Assembly: GCA_964556255.1 (NCBI GenBank)
Contig: CAZKVQ010000001.1
Coordinates: 48,294-112,293, forward strand
DNA from: an uncultured Actinomycetes bacterium
GTDB lineage: Bacteria; Actinomycetota; Actinomycetes; S36-B12; UBA10799
Length of the DNA stretch: 64,000 nt
Direction: 5' to 3'
The notes beneath the pieces are model-generated. The model was not told where the DNA came from. It did not search any database and was given only the letters and a program-made list of their open reading frames with translations. The position numbers and the translations under genes were made by a program. Within the stretch, counting starts at the first letter, position 1. Every line of letters starts with the position of its first letter. This document shows, one piece after another, positions 9,435 through 18,258 of this stretch.

Positions 9435-11282
9435 ATGACAACTGCACCCGAGGCTCCCGCCAGCGAATCGACCACCACCGTCCACGTCGCCAAGAAGTTC
9501 TTGACGATGGAGGAGGGCTTCCCGGAGGTCGAGGCCGTTGCCGTGCGTGATGGCCGCGTTCAGGCTGTCGGCACGCTCAGCGAGGTCACCGAGGCCTTGG
9601 GGGAACGGGACTTCGTCGTCGATGAGACGTTCGTCGATGACGTTGTATGCGCCGGCTTCATCGACCAACACCTGCACCCGATCCTCGGTGCAACCACACT
9701 CGTCACAGAGATCATCGCTGTCGAACAGTGGGACCTGCCGGGCCGGTCCTTCCCTGCCGCGACGACTCAGGAGGAATACCGCTCGCGGCTGGCAGCAGCG
9801 GAGGCCTCCCTGCCAGATGAGTCCGACTGGCTCCTGTCGTGGGGATATCACGAGCTTTGGCACGGCCCGCTGAACCGCGAGGTGTTGGACGGGATCAGTA
9901 CGAGTCGGCCGATCGCGATCTGGCAGCGCTCGTGCCACGAGTGGTACCTGAACTCCGCGGCGATCGAGACGCTGGGGATCACCGAAGCGAACATGGCCGG
10001 CAAAGGTCCTGCCAGCGAGAACGTGGACGTAGCCGCGGGTCACTGGTGGGAGATGGGGATGAACCTGTTGCTCCCTCTGATCGCTCCGGTGTTCCTCACC
10101 CCCGAGAGGTTGATCACGGGCCTTCAGCAGATGGTCACCTACCTGCACCAGAAAGGGGTCACCGCCTTCAACGAGCCGGGCATCATATGGGCAAGTGAAC
10201 CCTGGGTGCTGTACGAGCAGATCCTGGGCAGCCCGGACACTCCCTTCCTGTCTACGTTCCTGGTGGACGCCCGGACTCAGGCGGACAGCGGGATGGCTGC
10301 CTCTGAGGCGGTCGCAGATGCGGAGATTCAGGTAGCCCGGGCACCGGAGGGGAAGGTTCGACTCTTGCCCGAGCAGGTGAAACTGTTCGCCGACGGTGCG
10401 ATCATCTCCCAGTTGATGCAGATGAACGACCCGTACGTGGACGCTGACGGCAAGCCGGATCCGAGCCATGAGGGTGAATGGCTCATGCTGCCCGACACCT
10501 ACTCAGCCTTTGCCGACGCCTATTGGCAGGCCGGCTGGCAACTGCACACCCATGTCAACGGCGACCGAGGTCTGGACATGGTTTTGGACACCCTCGAACA
10601 GGCCATGATCGACCATCCACGCGCCGACCATCGCGCCGTCATCGTTCACTTCGCCAACTCGACCGAGCAACAGGTCGAGCGCATCGCACGGCTCGGAGCT
10701 ATCGTCTCGGCGAACCCGTACTACGTCTCCGGGTTCGCCGACAAGTTCGCACAGTCAGGCCTGGGTCCGGACCGTGCCGACGCGATGGTCCGTTCGGCCT
10801 CAGTGCTCAAACACCACATCCCGTTGTCGTTCCATTCCGACCTGCCGATGGGTCCGGCGGACCCACTGAACATGGTCTGGTGCGCGGTGAATCGGATCAC
10901 CCAGTCCGGACGGGTCGCCGGTGGGGAGCAGTGCATCTCGGTGCACGATGCGCTTCGCGCGGTGACGATCGAAGCCGCCTACTCGTGGCGAATGGAGAAC
11001 GAACTGGGGAGCATTGCCCCCGGAAAAGCAGCGAACTTCACCGTGCTCGCCGAGGATCCCTACGACGTGGATCCGACCAAGATCAACCGGATTCCGATTC
11101 GCGGAACCGTCTACGAAGGCAGATGGTTCCCGCTGCCCGAGGCAGCCTCCGGCACGACGGCCCAGGCTTCGCTGGGGGCAGCGCTGTCCACGTCAACAAC
11201 TGACCACCAGGGCAGCGGGTGCTCGTGCGATGCCGCGCGCATGGTGTCCGAGGCCATTGCACAGGTTCTCAAGGCTGCCTGA
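9435..11282 (+). CDS. Amidohydrolase family protein (Amidohydro_3 / YtcJ-like), paralog 2
   Basis: GFIDQHLHPILG and HVNGDRG blocks, and FHSDLPMGP. I chose the internal ATG at 9435 (MTTAPEAP) because upstream residues of the track ORF overlap the divergent gene. Confidence 0.8.
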   Translation: MTTAPEAPASESTTTVHVAKKFLTMEEGFPEVEAVAVRDGRVQAVGTLSEVTEALGERDFVVDETFVDDVVCAGFIDQHLHPILGATTLVTEIIAVEQWDLPGRSFPAATTQEEYRSRLAAAEASLPDESDWLLSWGYHELWHGPLNREVLDGISTSRPIAIWQRSCHEWYLNSAAIETLGITEANMAGKGPASENVDVAAGHWWEMGMNLLLPLIAPVFLTPERLITGLQQMVTYLHQKGVTAFNEPGIIWASEPWVLYEQILGSPDTPFLSTFLVDARTQADSGMAASEAVADAEIQVARAPEGKVRLLPEQVKLFADGAIISQLMQMNDPYVDADGKPDPSHEGEWLMLPDTYSAFADAYWQAGWQLHTHVNGDRGLDMVLDTLEQAMIDHPRADHRAVIVHFANSTEQQVERIARLGAIVSANPYYVSGFADKFAQSGLGPDRADAMVRSASVLKHHIPLSFHSDLPMGPADPLNMVWCAVNRITQSGRVAGGEQCISVHDALRAVTIEAAYSWRMENELGSIAPGKAANFTVLAEDPYDVDPTKINRIPIRGTVYEGRWFPLPEAASGTTAQASLGAALSTSTTDHQGSGCSCDAARMVSEAIAQVLKAA

Positions 11283-11285
11283 CTC

Positions 11286-12803
11286 TCACGCTGCGCTGTG
11301 CGCTTCGGCGTGGGCATGGATCCGCGCGGATGCCCGGCGACCCAGGATGAGCATCACGACGGTGCAGAGAGCCACGAAGCCAGCGAACACGTACATGGCG
11401 GCGGCGAATCCCGAGGTGTAGAAGGACGCTATCTGCGCCGATGACGTCGATGCCCCCGTCAGGAATCGACCGAGATCCGTGGTGGACTCCGACAGCGTTT
11501 GACCCCCTTCGGAGACCAACCGTGACGTCGTGACGGCATTGGCGACGACGGCACCGCCCGCCAGCCCCAAGGCGTAGGCCAGTTGACCGACGAAGGTGCG
11601 CGATGATGTGACCGCGCCGTAGTGCTCGGCCGGCGCCTCGGTGACGAACATCTGCCCTTGTGGCACTGTCATCACCCCACAGCCGAAGAAGACCACGCAC
11701 AGGCCCAGCAGGAACAACGCACCCGTGGCGCTCGGCGCGAACAGTCCGGAAGCCACCAGGCCGACGACCGCGATCACCCCTCCAGCCACCTGCACCGCCA
11801 CCGCGGAGCTACCTCGGCCGATGACGTAGCCGGTAACCACCGAACCGACGATGCTGAACGCCAGCAGCGGCAACTGGTGCAACGATGCGGTCAGTGGCGA
11901 GAAGTCCGAAACGTACTGCCACAGGTTCGAACTCAGCAGTTGTGTCACCGCGCTGGCGGCGTTCCAGCACAGGCCACCGAGCACTCCGAGGATGAACAGC
12001 GGACTCTTGAAGAGCTCCATGGGAAAGGTCGGCGTTGCTACTTTCGTCTCGACGACAGCAAAGACTGTCAATGCGACAGCGCCGCCGATCAGCGGCCCGA
12101 CGGTGCCCGGGGCAGTCGGGTTGCTGGCAAGCCCGTTGATTCCCAACAGCAGCAACACGACTCCCACACCCAAGGCCACCAGACCCCAGTAGGCACGACG
12201 TGGTAGCGGCACTGCGGGTTCATCGGGCAGGATCCGGCTGCACAGAACTGCGCACACCAACGCCGCCACCGGCACGATCAGGAAAGCCAGACGCCAATTC
12301 GCGCTGGCGAGTGCAGCACCCAGGGGCATGAGTACGAACAGCGGCACCGAGCACATCCCCGCGAAGACGCCGAAGGCGGCGGGCAGCGTTTCCCTGTCGA
12401 CCACGGAGCGGACGTAGCCGAAGGATCCGGTGAACACCGCACCCAACCCGACACCCGCGATCGCACGCCCAATCAGGAACACCAGCGAATCGGGGGCGGC
12501 AGCTGCCAGCACATCACCCGCCCCGGCCACAACGAGCGCCACCGTGAGCAGGCGCCGTCGGCCCATCTTGTCCGCGAGCACCCCCGCCGGAACGACGGTC
12601 GCGGCCAGGGCGAGGGTCGAGATGGACGCGGCGAGGGCCTGCGTGGAAGGGCTGAAACCAAGCGCCTGGGTCGCCCTGACGAGGGCAAGATTCGCGATGA
12701 CAGGGTCGGCAAGCTGGATCGCTCCCATGAAACCCAGGAAGAGCACAGGCAACGACACGGCCCGACTGCCCATGCGCGCCCGACCGCCGTCGCCCTGCTT
12801 CAC
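11286..12803 (-). CDS. MFS transporter (DHA2/EmrB-like, about 14 TM)
   Basis: About 14 hydrophobic segments, with the MFS loop motif GVLADKMGRRRLL. Confidence 0.8.
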   Translation of the reverse strand: MKQGDGGRARMGSRAVSLPVLFLGFMGAIQLADPVIANLALVRATQALGFSPSTQALAASISTLALAATVVPAGVLADKMGRRRLLTVALVVAGAGDVLAAAAPDSLVFLIGRAIAGVGLGAVFTGSFGYVRSVVDRETLPAAFGVFAGMCSVPLFVLMPLGAALASANWRLAFLIVPVAALVCAVLCSRILPDEPAVPLPRRAYWGLVALGVGVVLLLLGINGLASNPTAPGTVGPLIGGAVALTVFAVVETKVATPTFPMELFKSPLFILGVLGGLCWNAASAVTQLLSSNLWQYVSDFSPLTASLHQLPLLAFSIVGSVVTGYVIGRGSSAVAVQVAGGVIAVVGLVASGLFAPSATGALFLLGLCVVFFGCGVMTVPQGQMFVTEAPAEHYGAVTSSRTFVGQLAYALGLAGGAVVANAVTTSRLVSEGGQTLSESTTDLGRFLTGASTSSAQIASFYTSGFAAAMYVFAGFVALCTVVMLILGRRASARIHAHAEAHSAA

Positions 12804-12910
12804 CTCGACGACGCTACTGCAACGACTGGGATTCCGACCGTGGGTAATGCGGGACCGTCATCAGGGCCTTGACGAGGTCGGTAGTCACGCTATGTAACAT
12901 ACATCTCACT

Positions 12911-12960
12911 CTGCGTGGTTTCCAGACCGGGTATGACACGATGCGGAAGCTTCCACGCAG
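12911..12960. promoter_or_regulatory. Long imperfect hairpin or inverted repeat in the divergent MFS/amidase control region
   Basis: CTGCGTGG (12911-12918) pairs with CCACGCAG (12953-12960). An inner TTCC/GGAA pairing extends the stem. Confidence 0.35.
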
Positions 12961-13047
12961 GGAGTGCCACCGGGGTTACGATCAATTCGCTGCGGTATGC
13001 CCTGCACCAGCAGGGCCGCCGCGCTTCCCCAACCGTGAGAGGTTTCG

Positions 13048-14151
13048 ATGAACAGGTCGATGGTCGCTGCGTCGGTTGCCGGCGCTGGCCTTTTCGTCGG
13101 CCTGTGCGCGCTGCCCAACCAGGGGACGCCACCCGCAGCAGCCGGCTCGCAGGTGAACACCACCGACACTGAGGGCGGGAACGGTGTGTCCGGCGGCGGT
13201 TCGGAGGCACCAGGGCCTGCGAATTCCGTACCCCATGCCAAAGGTGTCCCCACAGCGAATCAAGTCTTGGCCGCCCTTAGGGCCTCCGGGGTGAAGTTGG
13301 TGGTGGAACCCGGCTGGAACCTGGAATGGGATCTGCCGAATCGCCGCGCGGATTGGCGTCCGATCGGCGTCATGCTCCACCACACGGGCGCCGGCGTGCC
13401 CGGCAATGCGCCCTCACGACAGTTCCTGCTCGACTACCGGTCACCGTCGCGACTCACCCGCTACGACGGGCTCACCGGCGGTCGCCGCGGATGCCACTTC
13501 CTGATCGGTCGCGATGGCACTGTCTACTTCATGCGGGCCACGCGCGGCCCACACGCCGGTACAGGTGGCCCCATGCAAGTGGGCCGAGACACCGTGACCG
13601 CCGACAATGGCAACGGCCGTTTCTTCGGTATCGAGATCGAGAGCGCTGGCCATTCCAGCACCATCCACGCGGGCAGCAACTTCATCGACGGCTTCGGAGT
13701 CGACCAGGTCAACGCAACGACGAAGGTCACCGCAGCACTGTTGAATCTGATCAACCAGGGTCCGGACCACATCGTCGACCACAAGGCCTGGGCGCCCCAC
13801 CGCAAGGTGGATCTCAACGGCACGATGCTGGCTGAGTTCCGCGCCCGGACAACGCGCCTGCTGACCCCGCCGGCCGTCACGGGACTGCGCGTGGCTGTCG
13901 GCCCAAGACCCGGCGAATTGCGGGCCGTGTGGCGGGCCGCCCCCCGGGTCGGCGGCACCAAGAACCTCTACCTCGGTCGTCTCTCCGCACCCAACTCGAC
14001 CACTCGATGGTCGGGGTGGCTGCCGATCGACGGCACTTCTGTGGGCCTGGTCAGCATGAAGCCGGGCAACGTCTACCGGATCCAGATCCAGACGGTGAAC
14101 AGCTTCGGGCGCTCCAAGGTGGTCACGCTCGCGTACCGCTACCCGGGCTGA
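13048..14151 (+). CDS. Secreted N-acetylmuramoyl-L-alanine amidase (Amidase_2/PGRP fold) with a C-terminal fibronectin-III-like domain
   Basis: Signal peptide, the HHTG...HFLIGRDGTVY...FGIEIES...DHKAWAP blocks, and an FN3-like tail (YRIQIQTVNSFG). A GAGAGG RBS lies upstream. Confidence 0.75.
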   Translation: MNRSMVAASVAGAGLFVGLCALPNQGTPPAAAGSQVNTTDTEGGNGVSGGGSEAPGPANSVPHAKGVPTANQVLAALRASGVKLVVEPGWNLEWDLPNRRADWRPIGVMLHHTGAGVPGNAPSRQFLLDYRSPSRLTRYDGLTGGRRGCHFLIGRDGTVYFMRATRGPHAGTGGPMQVGRDTVTADNGNGRFFGIEIESAGHSSTIHAGSNFIDGFGVDQVNATTKVTAALLNLINQGPDHIVDHKAWAPHRKVDLNGTMLAEFRARTTRLLTPPAVTGLRVAVGPRPGELRAVWRAAPRVGGTKNLYLGRLSAPNSTTRWSGWLPIDGTSVGLVSMKPGNVYRIQIQTVNSFGRSKVVTLAYRYPG

Positions 14152-14229
14152 CCCAGCGAGTCACGTGCGACCTGAAGACCCCAAGGTTTGGCCTGCCGAA
14201 CGCGGGTCCGTCGAACGCGACCGTTAGCC

Positions 14230-15360
14230 TCAGCCCGACTCGCTCGCCCAGACGGGCTTGGGTTTGGATCCGACGGGGATGAGCAGCGTCACCACGATCG
14301 CGATGAACGCTCCGATGAGGGTGTCCAGACCTCGATACAACAGAGCCTCACCGAGCGGGGCGTCCACGTGGGCGTAGGCGATGACCGACACCATGCTTAT
14401 CCCCAGGACCGAGATCGCGTAGCTGCGCCGAAGGTAGGCGACGGTCAACACCAATCCGGCCGCAAGCACGAGGAACCTCGCCGGACCGGGCGGAACCACG
14501 CTGTCGACGACGGTGAGGAAGATCATCGCCACGGCCGTACCGGCGAGCCGCTGCAGGACCTTATCTATGGTCAAGGGCGTAGCCGGGGGGATGAGGGCTA
14601 TCAGGGTCATCAGCACCCATACGGCGTTGTGATCACCCGTGGCCGACATCACGAAGGCACCCACGCCCAGCCCGATGGCCGAACGCAGCGTGGTCCGGTG
14701 CAGTCGACCCAGTTGCGGCTGGGGTAGCTGCACGAATCGGCGTTTCGACGGGGTGGTCGGGTTCGCAGCGTCGTCGGCTGGTGCTCCCGTGACGTCGGCT
14801 CGTGGCGGGGCGCGGTGTTTGGGTACCAGCGCGACAAGCGCCCGTAGCAGGACCGTGCAGAGCAGCATCACGGCGAAGCCGAGCAGGATGAAGCGCAGTG
14901 GCACGCCACGTCCCGCACCGAACACCAGCGGGATGAAGAAGATGTACAGCAGCAACGTTCCCAGCGTGGCGAGCGGCTCGCCGTACCACGCCAGGACACC
15001 GGCGAGTACCGCCATCCCGGCCAGGCTCAAGCCAGCGGCAATCGGTATCCCGCGGACCGCGACGGCGAGCAGCGTCAACGGCAGGGAAACCGCCGAGAAT
15101 GCCACAGCACGAGCCAGGCCACTGCGGAGATTCCCGCCCAGCGACCCCATGAAGGCGAACATGCCGCCGAACAAAGCCGGCAATACGGCATGGGTGAGCC
15201 CGGCGGTCGGGTGCCCGGCGGCGAGAAGGGCGAACCTGATGGCGGCGAACAACACCACCACGTCCACGAGAACTGCGATCCCGGCCCGCAGCAGGACAGG
15301 GGTCGGTTGCGGACTCAGGGCTCCCCTCATGCGGGCGAGCGTCCTTCCGGAAGCGACCAT
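14230..15360 (-). CDS. FUSC-like integral membrane protein
   Basis: Polytopic membrane protein. The segment LRSAIGLGVGAFV...WVLMTLIALIPPATPLTIDKVLQRLAGTAVAM resembles a FUSC_2 domain. Confidence 0.55.
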   Translation of the reverse strand: MVASGRTLARMRGALSPQPTPVLLRAGIAVLVDVVVLFAAIRFALLAAGHPTAGLTHAVLPALFGGMFAFMGSLGGNLRSGLARAVAFSAVSLPLTLLAVAVRGIPIAAGLSLAGMAVLAGVLAWYGEPLATLGTLLLYIFFIPLVFGAGRGVPLRFILLGFAVMLLCTVLLRALVALVPKHRAPPRADVTGAPADDAANPTTPSKRRFVQLPQPQLGRLHRTTLRSAIGLGVGAFVMSATGDHNAVWVLMTLIALIPPATPLTIDKVLQRLAGTAVAMIFLTVVDSVVPPGPARFLVLAAGLVLTVAYLRRSYAISVLGISMVSVIAYAHVDAPLGEALLYRGLDTLIGAFIAIVVTLLIPVGSKPKPVWASESG

Positions 15361-15482
15361 GTCTCCACCCTGCCCTTATCCGTGGAACTTCGGAAGGGAA
15401 CCGATCATGCGAAACCGAATTGGGTTCGCACGCGTCAGAGCGGCTATCCGCGAGGCCGTGGCCAGCGACGAAGGAGTGGCGA

Positions 15483-16094
15483 ATGAGTACAGGTCGAACT
15501 CCAACCGACGATGGGCGCACGGCCCCCACCGACGACCGACAGGCGGGGCCATCGAGGAGGCGCCGAACGAAGGTGTGGTGGATCCTCGGCGGGATCATCG
15601 TCGTCTTGGGTCTTATCGCGCTGCCGGTATTTCAGCCGTGGAAACTCGTTGTAGATCAGACCGTCAACGAGCCGCTGCCCACCGCTCCGACCGGTCCGGC
15701 GCCCGCCAGCGCCGCAGCTACCACGAGTGCACCCGCGGCGCCGTCACAGCTGAGCACAGGGCAGCTCGTCTCGCAGGAACACGACACCACGGGGACGGTC
15801 ACCATCTTCCGGCTGCCCGACGGCCAGCGGCTCCTGCGCCTGTCGAACTTCTCGACCAGCAATGGCCCGGATCTTCATGTGTGGCTGTCCGACCAGAAAC
15901 TGCAAAGTGGCACGGAAGGCTGGTTCGTGTTCGACGATGGCCAGCACGTGGATCTCGGCGGGCTCAAGGGGAACATTGGCGATCAGAACTACGTGATTCC
16001 TGCCGAGGTCGACCTCGGCGCCTACCCGAGCGTCAGTATCTGGTGCCAGCGTTTCAGCGTCTCGTTCGGTGCCGCCGAGTTGGTGCCAGTCTGA
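15483..16094 (+). CDS. Membrane-anchored DM13 domain protein
   Basis: N-terminal TM helix. The DM13-like core reads GTVTIFRLPDGQRLLRLSNFSTSNGPDLHVWL...SIWCQRFSVSFG. Confidence 0.65.
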   Translation: MSTGRTPTDDGRTAPTDDRQAGPSRRRRTKVWWILGGIIVVLGLIALPVFQPWKLVVDQTVNEPLPTAPTGPAPASAAATTSAPAAPSQLSTGQLVSQEHDTTGTVTIFRLPDGQRLLRLSNFSTSNGPDLHVWLSDQKLQSGTEGWFVFDDGQHVDLGGLKGNIGDQNYVIPAEVDLGAYPSVSIWCQRFSVSFGAAELVPV

Positions 16095-16095
16095 A

Positions 16096-16305
16096 CTATT
16101 CGTCCTCGAGCACGAACGTCACCAGGACATTCACCTGATAGCCGGTGATCTGGTCATCGGTGATGACGACGCTCTGCTCCTTGACCCAGGCACTGCTGAC
16201 ACCTCGAAGGGTCTTGACCGATCTGGTTACCGCCACGTTCACAGCGTCCTCGAACGACTTCTCGCTGGTCGCGCTGATCTCGGTGACTCGGGCGAGTGTT
16301 GCCAT
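16096..16305 (-). CDS. Dodecin family flavin-binding protein
   Basis: A 69-aa protein with the SFEDAVNVAV...AWVKEQSVVI...YQVNVLVTF pattern typical of dodecin. Confidence 0.8.
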   Translation of the reverse strand: MATLARVTEISATSEKSFEDAVNVAVTRSVKTLRGVSSAWVKEQSVVITDDQITGYQVNVLVTFVLEDE

Positions 16306-16499
16306 GGCAGTCCTCCAATGTGTGGGGCGGGGTGCGGGAAGTCAATCAGCAGGCAGGCCCCGTTCGCTTCCTGAGCCTGGCGCGGAACACTGAGCGTCGT
16401 TTCATTGGCAGCGGCAGGCGCTTGCCGGTCGACATGAGGCGACCAGGGGATCACCGCATTGTCGAGCCACCCACCCGTTCGCGCTGGCACGATGCAAAC

Positions 16500-18032
16500 G
16501 TGGCGAGTCAGGAGTCAGCGAAACTCGATCGCCGTCGTTGGTGGGCGCTCGTCGCGATGTGCCTGGCTATCTTCCTTGTGGCCGTCGACGGCACGATCCT
16601 CAGCCTAGCGACCCCGAGCATCGTTGAAGATCTGCACCCGAGTGCCCCCCAGGTCCTGTGGATCGGGGACATCTACTCCTTCGTACTGGCTGGGTTGCTG
16701 GTCACGATGGGCAACCTGGGCGATCGCTACGGCCGCAAACGTCTGTTGATGGTCGGTTCCGTGGCATTCGGAATCATCTCGGTGGGTGCGGCTTTCGCTC
16801 CGAGCGCAGAGGCACTGATCCTCGCCCGGGCGCTGCTGGGAGTCGCGGGCGCCACCCTGATGCCATCGACCCTGGCCCTGATGCGCAGCACCTTCACAGA
16901 CGACAAGGAACGGACCTTCGCGGTGGGTGTCTGGAGTGCCATGGGTGCGGCTGGCGCTGCTGCCGGACCGCTGGTGGGAGGCATCCTGCTCGAGCATTTC
17001 TGGTGGGGCTCGGTGTTCCTGGTCAATGTCCCGATCATGGCTCTGGTGCTGGCGATAGGTCTGCCCACGCTGCGGGAGTCGAAGGACCCGAATCCAGGAC
17101 CCCTCGACCCCATTTCCGTGGCACTGTCGCTGGTCGGGATCCTTGCCTTCGTCTATGCGGTCAAGGAGCTCGCGACCCATGGACTGGAGGTCAGTTACCT
17201 CATCAGCGGGGCGATCGGCATCGGCGCCCTCATCTGGTTCGTGCTGCGGCAACGCATCCTGGAGCACCCACTGATCGATGTGCGCCTGTTCGGCAACGCC
17301 CCTTTCACCGGCGCAGTTCTAGGAATGATCCTGTCCGTCTTCGGGCTGGCCGGGTCGCTGTTCTTCTTCTCGCAGTACCTGCAATTCGTCAAGGGTCTGA
17401 CGCCTCTACAGGCGGGGCTGTTCGAGTTGCCTGCCACCCTGGGCGCTCTTGTCGCCTCTCTGTTGGCAGCACGACTGATGCGGTCCTTCGGCCGCGGTCC
17501 CCTCACCGCGGTCGGACTGTTGGCCATCGGGCTCGGGATGGCGGCCATCGCGCTGATCCTGGACAACCCCCACTTCCTGGTGTTCGCCGTCCCGCTGATC
17601 ATGATCGGCGCCGGCGACGGCGTCGCCCTGACGGTGGCCTCCGACACGATCCTCGCCGTGGCTCCACGTGACCGCGCCGGCGCGGCCTCAGCGGTTTCGG
17701 AGACCGGCTACGAGTTGGGTACCGCTCTCGGCATCGCGATTCTCGGTAGCATCCTGACAGCCGTCTACCAGTCGCGGTTGCGACTGCCGCCCGGGCTCGG
17801 CGCCAAGGTAACCGAGGCAACGATCGAGTCACCCGGTGGCGCCTACGAGGCGGCACCCGGACTACCCGAGACGATCCAACGTGCCCTCATGGAAGCCGTC
17901 CACGTGGCCTTCCGGGATGCGATGTCGTTCACGACCATCGTGGGGTCGGTGATCATCGTGATCGGGGCCGGAGTCACCTGGTACCTGCTGCCCGGGAAGC
18001 TGGACACGGTCGAAGAGATGAGCGCACATTGA
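16500..18032 (+). CDS. MFS transporter (DHA2/EmrB-QacA-like, 14 TM)
   Basis: RRRWWALVAMCLAIFLVAVDGTIL and GNLGDRYGRKRLL motifs. The start is uncertain (GTG 16500 or ATG 16434). Confidence 0.8.
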   Translation: MASQESAKLDRRRWWALVAMCLAIFLVAVDGTILSLATPSIVEDLHPSAPQVLWIGDIYSFVLAGLLVTMGNLGDRYGRKRLLMVGSVAFGIISVGAAFAPSAEALILARALLGVAGATLMPSTLALMRSTFTDDKERTFAVGVWSAMGAAGAAAGPLVGGILLEHFWWGSVFLVNVPIMALVLAIGLPTLRESKDPNPGPLDPISVALSLVGILAFVYAVKELATHGLEVSYLISGAIGIGALIWFVLRQRILEHPLIDVRLFGNAPFTGAVLGMILSVFGLAGSLFFFSQYLQFVKGLTPLQAGLFELPATLGALVASLLAARLMRSFGRGPLTAVGLLAIGLGMAAIALILDNPHFLVFAVPLIMIGAGDGVALTVASDTILAVAPRDRAGAASAVSETGYELGTALGIAILGSILTAVYQSRLRLPPGLGAKVTEATIESPGGAYEAAPGLPETIQRALMEAVHVAFRDAMSFTTIVGSVIIVIGAGVTWYLLPGKLDTVEEMSAH

Positions 18033-18078
18033 CGCGCTGCTACCTGATCCGATGAGCCCGGCCGGATAGGGTCCAGGC

Positions 18079-18255
18079 ATGGAGTCCGAAGTACCTCCCG
18101 CGCAGGTGCCGGCAATCGATCGGCGCCGCCTGCTGACGGTTGCAGGGGCAGACGCTATCGGTCCTGACGGTGACATCTGCGGTAACCCGTTGGTCGAGGG
18201 TCAGGCGGCGGTCGCGGCTAACTGCCGCCAGTACATAGCAGCGGCCACCGCCTGA
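18079..18255 (+). CDS. Possible 58-aa small ORF translationally coupled to the acyltransferase gene
   Basis: ATG at 18079 and TGA at 18253-18255, 3 nt before the ATG of the next gene. The peptide is MESEVPPAQVPAIDRRRLLTVAGADAIGPDGDICGNPLVEGQAAVAANCRQYIAAATA. GC3 is only moderate and the RBS is weak. Confidence 0.2.
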   Translation: MESEVPPAQVPAIDRRRLLTVAGADAIGPDGDICGNPLVEGQAAVAANCRQYIAAATA

Positions 18256-18258
18256 GCC

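Noticed and set aside
12961-12985. Calling the amidase leader a c-di-GMP-I (GEMM-I) riboswitch.
   Set aside because: Only two short words match. The second hairpin, the tetraloop and receptor, and the GCAAA and ACGCAAAGCC elements are missing.
18109-18150. Twin-arginine (Tat) signal in the 58-aa small ORF (DRRRLLTVAGA).
   Set aside because: The hydrophobic region after the RR motif is too short and contains Asp. There is no AxA cleavage context with a plausible mature domain.
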